Positions 36,090 through 45,250 of a stretch of 48,156 bases of DNA are shown here, in pieces. The position numbers were made by a program, and so were the translations under genes. The notes beneath the pieces are model-generated. The model ran no database searches. It was not told where the DNA came from and was given only the letters and a program-made list of their open reading frames with translations. Numbering within the stretch: position 1 is the stretch's first letter; the number at the start of each line of letters is the position of its first letter. Source of the stretch: Macrostomum lignano (Eukaryota); contig NIVC01004372.1 of assembly GCA_002269645.1 (NCBI GenBank), positions 1 through 48,156 of the forward strand. Reading direction: 5' to 3'.

Positions 36090-36200
36090 CAATCACTGAA
36101 TGTCCACTACCTCATCACGGGTCACACCGGAGCTGTAGGGGCGATGATCAGCGAACCTACGGACGCCCAGAGGTACCTGAAATTCGGCAAGCCAACCTGA
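36090..36200 (+). CDS. PANK: PanK-like exon 6 (terminal)
   Basis: Acceptor CACCCGCAG|; QSLNVHYLITGHTGAVGAMISEP...KPT*, matching PanK F..HEGY.GAVGAL. Confidence 0.85.
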   Translation, partial: QSLNVHYLITGHTGAVGAMISEPTDAQRYLKFGKPT

Positions 36201-36887
36201 GCCTTCATGAGGCCTGCAACAAGTCCGCTGCTGCAGACTTGGCTTGAAATTTTCGACGTAAAATATGGAATATTGTTTCCAGAAATTGCGACTTACTATC
36301 GTTGAATAAAAATTGAATAAAAAATTAAAATACAATTGCAGTAGCCACTGCAAGTAATTACCAATTACAAAGTAATAATTGCAGTTCTTAGTGAATAATT
36401 TCGAATAGAGTTGAAATTGGCTAGAATTTGATTCTGCCGAGCTGCAGGTGCGGCAATTTTCAATTTAGTCTTTACTATTTAATTGCCAGAGTGGGCTGGG
36501 CGCTTTTCAAGCTTTTCACGCCTCTCCAGCTGCTGCTGTCGCCTACGGTTCTTCAAACACGGCTAATCGATCGAGTGCTGCATCAGCGAAAAAACTTTCA
36601 CTGTTTTCCACTGCAGAGATAGACTGCGATAGTTTTATTAATTTAATGAAATAATGAAAAGCATAAGGACAGACGGCCTTGCCGATTGCGATATTATGAA
36701 TAATACTACTAATATTACAATATTATTATGAATATCTGGATAGCGCGCAGAAATGGGGCGAAAGGGGGAGAGGGAAAAGGTAAGGAGATGGAGAGAGAAA
36801 AAGTAGAGGAGAGATAAGAGAGAGAAGGGATGATACACAATCAGTAAAGACGGGAACTTTGACACTGAAGAAAATTGCTACGTCAGT

Positions 36888-38918
36888 TTGAGGCAGGTAT
36901 CTGACTCTAACCAAGGACTTCTAGATAATAAACTGGACGGGAAGGCTGTGTTGAAAAAGGCAGCTGGCTGTACCAGAGGTGGCCTAAGAAACAAACGCGT
37001 TTTCCTCTCATTTTGTCCTCGGACCCCTCCTATTGAGAAATGTTTTTCAATCCTACCAAGGCTAGCTGCGAAGAAGAAATACAGCAGAAACTATTCACCC
37101 GAGCTAATAATATTTGCATATCTAATTCACGCATCCAGTTCCGCTGCCTACAAAGTTTTACTTCAAGAGAATGTTTTGTGCCTACCATCAATTAAGACAC
37201 TTCAGGTCACATGACAGGTTCAAAGCAACACTGGGTTAGACAACACTGCGTAGTCTTCGTGTCTCAAAGCTAAATGCCTTCGAAAGGAAATGTCTACTTA
37301 TCATTGATGATATTGCAAAACGCGTCGAATATAGCAATGGTGAAGTGCATGGGCTGACAGCCGCAGGGTCAGTGGCATCAACTCTACTCTGTTTCATGGT
37401 TAAATCATTAGTCAATAGATTCAAAGACCTGGTTGCTATTTTCCCAGTAGCTACTCTGACAGTTGAGAAGCAGTATCTTTGTTACAATGACGTCACGACA
37501 ACTGTTCGAAAAGTTGGTTTGGAATGCATAGGAATTTCCGTAGATAATGCGTCCGTTAACAGAATTTTTTGTGAACAGCCTTTGCGGTGGAACTCTGACG
37601 ACAAAAATTTACGACTCCATTACGGAACAGCCAATATTTCTAATTTTTGATCCCGTGCACGACTTAAAAAATGTATACAACAATTTTCAAACGCGCAAAG
37701 CTTCATTGCCCAAGTTTTGAACCAGATTTACCGAATGGTTGCCGAGCCAGTTTTCATCACATCACGCAACTATATCAGTTAGAAGCGTCCGCTCCACTCA
37801 AAAAAGCTCATAAGTTATCGCCTTCTGTTCTTAATCCAAAGAATATCGAACGTGCATGAAACTGCGCTTTTCATTTCTATGATAGAGGAGTTGTGGAAAA
37901 TTTTTAACGTGAAATCATCTACAAAAGGGAAGCATTGATTCCAACTTCCCAGCGTGATTGCGCCATGGATCCTATTACATCAACGCAAGATTGGAAGCTG
38001 AAACATCTGAGAAAATTCGCGGATTTCCTTCAACGCTGGGAAGCCAATGGTCGCTTGGGACTGTCAAAAGAAACATTTCTAGCTTTACGCCAAGCGTGTT
38101 TGTCTCTTTCCGATTGTGCTTCATATCTGCTCGATCACGCCGGATTCAACTTCGTACTTCTTGGTCATCTCCAATCCGACGCCCTGGAGTCTAGATTCGG
38201 GTGGTTGCGTCAACTCTCTGGTGCAAACTATTATGTATCGATGCGGCAGATTTTAGAAAGCGATAAAAAAATTCGGGCCGTCTCCCTCTTTAAGTACTCA
38301 AACATCAGCCTGACAGATATAGAAAGCGCTGTCCGAGCTGAATTCGACCGCCGATGCCATTGCAGCTGCACTGAAGCTTGATCATGAGCCATCAGTTTAT
38401 GAAAAAAAACATCATCTTTTTTCGTAAGTTGTTATGCCGCTCGATCAACTATTTGATCTACGAGGTGCAAATCTTGCTCTGAATTTCTCACTGACTTTGA
38501 AAACGTTCAATCGGCGACTGACGATTCCAGCTTGTGTTCATCAACGTTCCAGGACAGCATTGACAGGGGCGGCCTGGTGAAGCCATCGGAGTTTGTTTTT
38601 AATCTGGCAGCTCATTGTTGGAAAGTCTTTCAGGAGATTTGGGCCGACTGTAATCTTAAGAAGCAGTTTTTGCGATCGTCTTGCCAGCGCTCCCTGTTCA
38701 GCAAGATCATTGATCGCTGCACTTTCAACGAGGAGCACATGCACCTGGTGTTTGGCATCAGCATGTGCACATCCGGCCACGATCTGCGGAGCCACATCGT
38801 TCGTCGGCTTTTCCACTTCTTTGCGAAGAAATTCGTCAAGGAGATGACCAACACAGTGCAGTCGAATTCTGGGCGACAGAAGCGCAAAATTGCTAAGCTG
38901 TCAGGTTCAAAAATGTGA
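36888..38918 (+). mobile_element. Decayed P-element/THAP9-family transposase (pseudogene)
   Basis: Ordered motifs across frameshifted ORFs: YSPELIIFAYLI...AYKVL...LPSIKTLQ; KCLLIIDD; GISVDNASVNR; FDPVHDLKNVYNNF; KKAHKLSPSVLNPKNIER; ETALFI...WKIFNVK; HLQSDALESRFGWLRQLSGANY; RGGLVKPSEFV. Confidence 0.88.
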
Positions 38919-39256
38919 GATGCGTCTGCACTTAAGACTGTAAGTAGAAAAAAATTGTGGGTATACGCTCGTATATTATTAGAGGCAGGGGGGTTGTGTG
39001 CACCCTGGCGCACTTTAAGCGACATAGGCACACAACCGGCGAGAGGCATTGCTGCCCATTCCGCCGACTCCCCTGAGCAGGCATACAAGCGCGCGGATAC
39101 GTACGCAGGCACACACTCACACAGGAGTGTACAGCGGCCCTAACTTTATATTATCGTTAGGCATGTACACTTCACTGTGCCTTGGGGGTTGGCTCTCAAG
39201 GCCGTTAATTGCACGAGCAGAGCCAAGCCGAGATTCCAATTCAGCCCCAAATTAAT

Positions 39257-39329
39257 GTGACTGCACTTGGAATCGAGCCTGGGTCGCTGGCACACCAGAG
39301 CAGCTGCGCTACCGCTGGGCTACGGCCCC
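39257..39329 (-). mobile_element. tRNA-derived SINE head (or tRNA pseudogene) with Pol III A and B boxes
   Basis: Minus strand GGGGCCGTAGCCCAGCGGTAGCGCAGCTGC...CAGGCTCGATTCCAAGTGCAGTC: A box TAGCCCAGCGG, B box GGCTCGATTCC; acceptor and anticodon stems do not pair canonically. Confidence 0.65.
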
Positions 39330-39458
39330 CCTACGCTCGTATTTATCCTCTAGTTATCTGTGGCGTATCTATTTAATTTTTATATTATTTTCCACTTTTT
39401 TAGTACCATATTCGTACCGAAAGGAATGGGGCAAAATCTGTGCCTCAGTGCCTTTATG

Positions 39459-39985
39459 TCTGAGTCGGATGCTTCAGTGCTTGAGTTGGATGCATCAGTG
39501 CCTGAGTCGGATACACTAGTGTCTGATTCGGATGCATCAGTGTCTGATTCGGATGCATCAGTGCCTGAGTCGGATACACTAGTGTCTGATTCGGATGCAT
39601 CAGTGCCTGAGTCGGATACACTAGTGTCTGATTCGGATGCATCAGTGCCTGAGTCGGATACACTAGTGTCTGATTCGGATGCATCAGTGTCTGATTCGGA
39701 TGCATCAGTGCCTGAGTCGGATACACTAGTGTCTGATTCGGATGCATCAGTGCCTGAGTCGGATACACTAGTGTCTGATTCGGATGCATCAGTGCCTGAG
39801 TCGGATACACTAGTGTCTGATTCGGATGCATCAGTGCCTGAGTCGGATACACTAGTGTCTGATTCGGATGCATCAGTGCCTGAGTCGGATACACTAGTGT
39901 CTGATTCGGATGCATCAGTGCCTGAGTCGGATTCACTAGTGTCTGATTCGGATGCATCAGTGCCTGAGTCGGATGCTTGAGTTGG
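39459..39985 (+). repeat. 42-bp (2x21) minisatellite, left arm (GATGCATCAGTGCCTGAGTCGGATACACTAGTGTCTGATTCG)
   Basis: Direct tandem repetition; inverted copy at 40253-40365. Confidence 0.95.
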
Positions 39986-40252
39986 ACCGAAGGTCTCCTA
40001 AAGCCATGAAATTCAGTACTCCTACCGGTAAGAAATCCCAAAATAACGCTACCTAAATTTTTTTCTATGTACGAAATCAAGGAATGTAATATTAGCTATA
40101 TTGAGCTATATAGGGGGCCCCGGCCGCAGCAATCAGTGGATTGAGCTACAAATGCTCATTAAAATTACCAAAAGAACGACAATTTTCTTTTCTTACGCCG
40201 CAGAAATTATTTTACATAGCCACGTGAGGATTATGCCGAAATACTGAGCCAC

Positions 40253-40365
40253 TGATCCAACTCAGACACTGGTGCATCCGACTCAAGCACTGAAGCATCC
40301 GACTCAGGCAATGAAGCATCCGACTCAAGCACTGAAGCATCCGACTCAAGCACTGAAGCATCCAT
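40253..40365 (-). repeat. 21-bp minisatellite, right arm (inverted relative to 39459-39985), ~5 copies
   Basis: GCATCCGACTCAAGCACTGAA is the reverse complement of TTCAGTGCTTGAGTCGGATGC-type units at the start of the left arm. Confidence 0.88.
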
Positions 40366-41169
40366 ACTTGAGAAATGCAGTGCACGATGTCCTTCACGCA
40401 CGAGTGAACGAGAAGGAACGGTTTCGCATTTGCTGCAAATAGATGCGCGCATTCAACATGATAGAAGAATGTGCAACGAAAAGTACAAGCTGATTGTGAG
40501 TGCAATTGAAAGGGGAGACAGCACTGTCCACATTTCACGATGGATGAAGGTGAAGCTGCAAAACTGTATAGGCAAAATTGTGAATGGTTTAGCCACTATG
40601 CTTCGCTTCGTTCCCGCTGCATCACAGGTGAAGCAATTCTAAAACTCATTACTGATACTTAGCTATTTCAAATGACATTTCACTTGCCTGCTTGAGACCT
40701 GCGTTTGCTAATTTTCTGCCATATCAGCTGTAGATTCAGTTGCTCTGTTTTCCTTTTCAAACTGTTTGTGCATTATTGCTGTCTCCCCTAATACAGTGTT
40801 AAAATGCGATATTAGTGACACTGGAAATGACTAACTGAGTGCTCGGATTATTAAATTGGATGCTCCAAAGCCCATGGTTTGGACCATAAAGTACTGAAAA
40901 ATCTATCTTTTAGCACTAGGTTTTCTCACTGATTATTAAATTGCTTGCTCATAATATCAAATGGCTTGCAAAAAGCTATATTAAGTAACCTTAGCAGTCA
41001 AATGAATAAGAGAAAAGCAATGCAATGTTTTCAAGCTTATGACATGAAGATTTAGCATATTAGCTCGTAGTATATTTATTCTAATAGGTTGTTGTCCTTG
41101 CGCGACTACAGAGGCAGCAAAATCCTCAGTTGAAATTGAGCGCGCAGCCAGTAATATTAAAGGTTTGCG

Positions 41170-41175
41170 TTTATT
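41170..41175 (-). terminator. Putative poly(A) signal AATAAA of the prepropeptide gene
   Basis: AATAAA on the minus strand about 85 nt after the stop codon at 41260. Confidence 0.45.
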
Positions 41176-41259
41176 TTTTGTCATCAGTAGATGTTGTTGT
41201 TGTTGCTTCATGCTAAATTAACGCTGAATTTGCTGAATTTGCTGGCAGATGTTGCTGAA

Positions 41260-41655
41260 TTAACGCCTCTGCCAGAGCCAGTGCCAGCGCCGGGGCGGGT
41301 CCGGCGAGCGGCCAGATCGCTCGTGCTTGAGGGCAAACTTCAGATAGTTGAACAGTGGAATGTAGGAGCGCTTCTTCACCAGTTCGTCTCCGGCCTCGAC
41401 GTCGGAGTCTGCGGGATATTCAACCGGGTTGGAGTTCATTAATAAGCTGCTTACTGGCTGCATTAATGAACTGATAGCGTGAGAAAGTGGATTCAGCTTA
41501 CCTTTGTTGGCAGGATGCTTCAAGTCTGTCTCGTCGGGGTCTTCAACGGGGCTTCTGCCGCGGCAAGGATGGGCCGAAGCGGCATAGACAGCAGCAGCGA
41601 CAGTCAGGAATAGCAGCAGAAGCTGCGCAATGCTCAGTTTTTGCTTGGCTGCCAT
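41260..41655 (-). CDS. Secreted prepropeptide (neuropeptide or antimicrobial peptide precursor candidate); probable 48-bp in-frame intron at 41454-41501
   Basis: Signal peptide MAAKQKLSIAQLLLLFLTVAAAVYAASA; acidic spacer; KKR site; C-terminus SYIPLFNYLKFALKHERSGRSPDPPRRWHWLWQRR*; donor AAAG|GTAAG. Confidence 0.72.
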   Translation of the reverse strand: MAAKQKLSIAQLLLLFLTVAAAVYAASAHPCRGRSPVEDPDETDLKHPANKGKLNPLSHAISSLMQPVSSLLMNSNPVEYPADSDVEAGDELVKKRSYIPLFNYLKFALKHERSGRSPDPPRRWHWLWQRR

Positions 41656-41730
41656 GCTCTTCTTCTGTTTTCCAAATTGTTTCTGCAGTCAGCTCTGGTT
41701 GCGGTCCTGACTCTGCCGCTCGGAGCCGGC

Positions 41731-41737
41731 TTTTATA
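41731..41737 (-). promoter_or_regulatory. TATA box (TATAAAA) of the prepropeptide gene
   Basis: Canonical TATAAAA in a GC-rich context, ~76 nt upstream of the ATG, with an A-rich short leader. Confidence 0.6.
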
Positions 41738-42183
41738 GACTCGACAGCCAGACAGGCTTGGCACCAGCTGGCGCTAAATTGCTTAATTAGTAGGGGGGTG
41801 GGAAGCACGAGGATGGAGAAGAGTGCCAAATTTTCCAGCTGCAATCATTTTGCTAATTTGCTCTCGATGAAGCTCAATTATGGACAAAATTGGCTTACAG
41901 GCGGCAATTCTCTTGCTGCAGATGCAGAAAATACGGCGATTGAGAATCAACAAAATCAGAGAAACGTTTCCCTGCTGCTCAATTGTGCCACCGAGGCTGG
42001 CCGACTCGAAAAACTGTCCGATTAAGTAGACCAAACTTCTATCTCTGTTTTGATGTTTGCTGTTGTTGTTTGTTGTTTGCAATCTACACTGCAGAGTACT
42101 ATTTTGACTCATATTTTATATTTTATATTTTATATATTTTGACTCACACTCAAGCTTGTAAGACTGTTGATTTAATTTTAAGA

Positions 42184-42832
42184 CAGGGGTCGGCAAACTT
42201 TTTCACCTCAGAGACCAGATAGAGAATCTACGAGCTAGATCATTGCTGCGGGCCGGAGAGGAAGAGGGAATAGGAGAGAAGAGGAGAGAGGATATAAGAG
42301 ATAAGAAGAGATGAGAGCGAAAATAAAAAGAGATAAAAGAGGAGAGGAGAGGAAAGAGATGAGAGGCCAGAGGAAAGGATAGGATGGAGAGGAGAGGAGA
42401 GAAAAGAGAGGAGAGAGATAAGAGAAGAGAAGAGAGGGATGAGATGAGAGAGGAGAGAGAGGAGAGGAGAGAGGACAGGAGAGAGGAGAGGAGAGAGGAG
42501 AGGTGGGAGGCGAGATGAAAAATGCGATGAGAGAAGAGATGAGAGAGGAGAGGAGAGAGGAGAGGAGAGAGGAAAGAAGAGATGAGAGGAGAGATGAAGG
42601 GTGGGAGGAGAGGTGAAAAATGCGATGAGAGAGAAGATAAGAGAGGAGAGGAGATAAGAGAGGAGATGAGATAAGAGAGGAGAGAGGAGAGGAGAGATGA
42701 AGGGAGAGGAAAAGTGAGAAGAGAAGACACAAACCCTGAGCGGGCCGGATTGCTATTGTGAAATTTCAAAGGACCCGAGGGCCGGATAGATAATCTTTGC
42801 GGGCCGCATGTGACCCTCAGGCCGGAGTTTGC
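42184..42832 (+). mobile_element. hAT (Charlie/MER58-like TIR) non-autonomous MITE with expanded AG-rich interior
   Basis: Starts CAGGGGTCGGCAAAC; ends CAGGCCGGAGTTTGC (truncated TIR); TTAAGA flanks both sides; homologous to 28290-28447. Confidence 0.72.
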
Positions 42833-42944
42833 TTAAGAGTTTGTGAAGAATTTAATCACATCGGTGCTTTCTGGTGGTCAAGTTTGGCTAAGGTTATACA
42901 AGGTTTCTAGTGAGATGTGCCCAGCTTTGTGCCCAACAAGAGAC

Positions 42945-43503
42945 AGGGGTGCCCACCAAGGAGATTGGGGCGCCAACCAAGGAGATTGGGGCGCCAACCA
43001 AGGAGATTGGGGCGCCAACCAAGGAGATTAGGGCGCCAATCTAGGAGATTGGGGCGCCAACCAAGGAGATTGGGGCGCCAACCAAGGAGATTGGGGCGCC
43101 AACCAAGGAGACTGGGGCGCCAACCAAGGAGATTGGGGCGCCAACCAAGGAGATTGGGGCGCCAACCAAGGAGATTGGGGCGCCAACCAAGGAGACTGGG
43201 GCGCCAACCAAGGAGATTGGGGCGCCAACCAAGGAGATTGGGGCGCCAACCAAGGAGATTGGGGCGCCAACCAAGGAGACTGGGGCGCCAACCAAGGAGA
43301 TTGGGGCGCCAACCAAGGAGATTGGGGCGCCAACCAAGGAGATTGGGGCGCCAACCAAGGAGATTGGGGCGCCAACCAAGGAGATTGGGGCGCCAACCAA
43401 GGAGATTGGGGCGCCAACCAAGGAGATTGGGGCGCCAACCAAGGAGATTGGGGCGCCAACCAAGGAGATTGGGGCGCCAACCAAGGAGATTAGGGCGCCA
43501 ATC
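42945..43503. repeat. 21-bp minisatellite (CCAACCAAGGAGATTGGGGCG), ~27 copies
   Basis: Direct tandem repetition; 7-aa periodic ORFs. Confidence 0.97.
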
Positions 43504-44209
43504 AAGATGAGTCACTGCTACCCTAAACGAACCACTTGATTGACTGACATCAATGTGGTCGGTCTAGTATGCCCGAGAAGTAAAGCAACGTTAGAACTCG
43601 CCCAGTCTTGCATGCAATACTCGTAAGTGTTTTTCATCTATTTTTCTTTCGGTTCGGCAGAATTTTGGGCACTTAGAGACTGCAGCAGCTGTTCAAGTCT
43701 GGAATCGGCTATTCATTTTTCTTTAACATAAAACTGAAAAAGCTTTTTTGTTTTTCTGCCTTTCGACAGCTGCAGCGAGTTTGCTCGTCAGAAAAACAAT
43801 TTTCTGAGCGACGTATTGAAAGAATTCCGACAAATTGGGGAAATTGCTTGCCAAGTAGGCACCAGTTTACTGCGCGCCTTTGAGCTGGCTTCTGTCCCAC
43901 CGTGTCTAGCAGAAAAGCATTTTTCTCTGGAGATAAACCGCTCCACCTCAGCAAATCGTTGCGGCACCCAAGCTCAAGCGGCTATTTTTGTCCTGCTCGA
44001 AAAACTTATTCTTCCCCGAGGCTGCTTCGTCACATTTGGATTGGTTAATCGGTTGCTTTCCTCCGCTTCTCCTAGAAAATTCTAATATTTTTCGTCCCAA
44101 CTGATTGCCAGACAATTAAATCTTAATGCATGCGGATGTCCAAGGACTACTTGCAGTGTAATTTGAAGAGTTTTTTTCAATTATTCAAGGCCCAGTGTCT
44201 GCGTGTCCG

Positions 44210-45250
44210 TCTTAGTGTCTGCCTGTTTTACTGTCTTAGTGTCTGTCTGTCTTACTGTCTTAGTGTCTGTCTGTCTTACTGTCTTAGTGTCTGCCTGTCT
44301 TACTGTCTTAGTGTCTGTCTGTCTTACTGTCTTGGTGTCTGCCTGTCTTACTGTCTTAGTGTCTGTCTGTCTTACTGTCTTAGTGTCTGTCTGTCTTACT
44401 GTCTTAGTGTCTGTCTGTCTTACTGTCTTGGTGTCTGTCTGTCTTACTGTCTTAGTGTCTGTCTGTCTTACTGTCTTGGTGTCTGCCTGTCTTACTGTCT
44501 TAGTGTCTGTCTGTCTTACTGTCTTAGTGTCTGTCTGTCTTACTGTCTTAGTGTCTGTCTGTCTTACTGTCTTAGTGTCTGTCTGTCTTACTGTCTTAGT
44601 GTCTGCCTGTCTTACTGTCTTAGTGTCTGTCTGTCTTACTGTCTTAGTGTCTGCCTGTCTTACTGTCTTAGTGTCTGTCTGTCTTACTGTCTTAGTGTCT
44701 GTCTGTCTTACTGTCTTAGTGTCTGTCTGTCTTACTGTCTTGGTGTCTGCCTGTCTTACTGTCTTAGTGTCTGTCTGTCTTACTGTCTTAGTGTCTGTCT
44801 GTCTTACTGTCTTAGTGTCTGTCTGTCTTACTGTCTTAGTGTCTGTCTGTCTTACTGTCTTAGTGTCTGTCTGTCTTACTGTCTTAGTGTCTGTCTGTCT
44901 TACTGTCTTAGTGTCTGTCTATCTTACTGTCTTAGTTTCTGTCTGTCTTACTGTCTTAGTGTCTGCCTGTCTTACTGTCTTAGTGTCTGTCTGTCTTACT
45001 GTCTTAGTGTCTGTCTGTCTTACTGTCTTAGTGTCTGTCTGTCTTACTGTCTTAGTGTCTGTCTGTCTTACTGTCTTAGTGTCTGTCTGTCTTACTGTCT
45101 TAGTGTCTGCCTGTCTTACTGTCTTAGTGTCTGTCTGTCTTACTGTCTTAGTGTCTGTCTGTCTGTCTGTCTGTCTGTCTTACTGTCTTAGTTTCTGTCT
45201 GTCTTACTGTCTGACTGTTTGTCTGTCTGTCTGTCTGTCTTATTAGTGTC
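44210..45250. repeat. 24-bp minisatellite (GTCTGTCTGTCTTACTGTCTTAGT), ~42 copies, ending in (GTCT)n
   Basis: Direct tandem repetition; 8-aa periodic ORFs. Confidence 0.97.

Noticed and set aside
36428-36622. FHCFP motif as a possible THAP domain of the P-element
   Set aside because: No surrounding C2CH spacing or conserved Trp/Pro pattern in frame; too short to support.
39257-39329. Functional tRNA gene
   Set aside because: Acceptor stem and 7-nt anticodon loop cannot be formed canonically; kept as a SINE head or pseudogene.
39360-39980. Ser-Asp-rich ORF resembling bacterial SD-repeat adhesins
   Set aside because: It is the 42-bp minisatellite read in one frame; no signal peptide, anchor or codon-level wobble.
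41263-41290. WHWL match to the yeast alpha-factor N-terminus (WHWLQL)
   Set aside because: Four residues in a metazoan gene with no repeated pheromone units; most likely coincidence, although the peptide itself is reported as a finding.
43765-43855. Possible small exon (DSCSEFARQKNNFLSDVLKEFRQIGEIACQ) with plausible splice sites
   Set aside because: No recognisable homology and no partner exons I could phase-match.
42907-45246. Long ORFs such as LLGWRPN, CLSYCLSV and LVSVCLTV repeats
   Set aside because: Translations of the 21-bp and 24-bp minisatellites.
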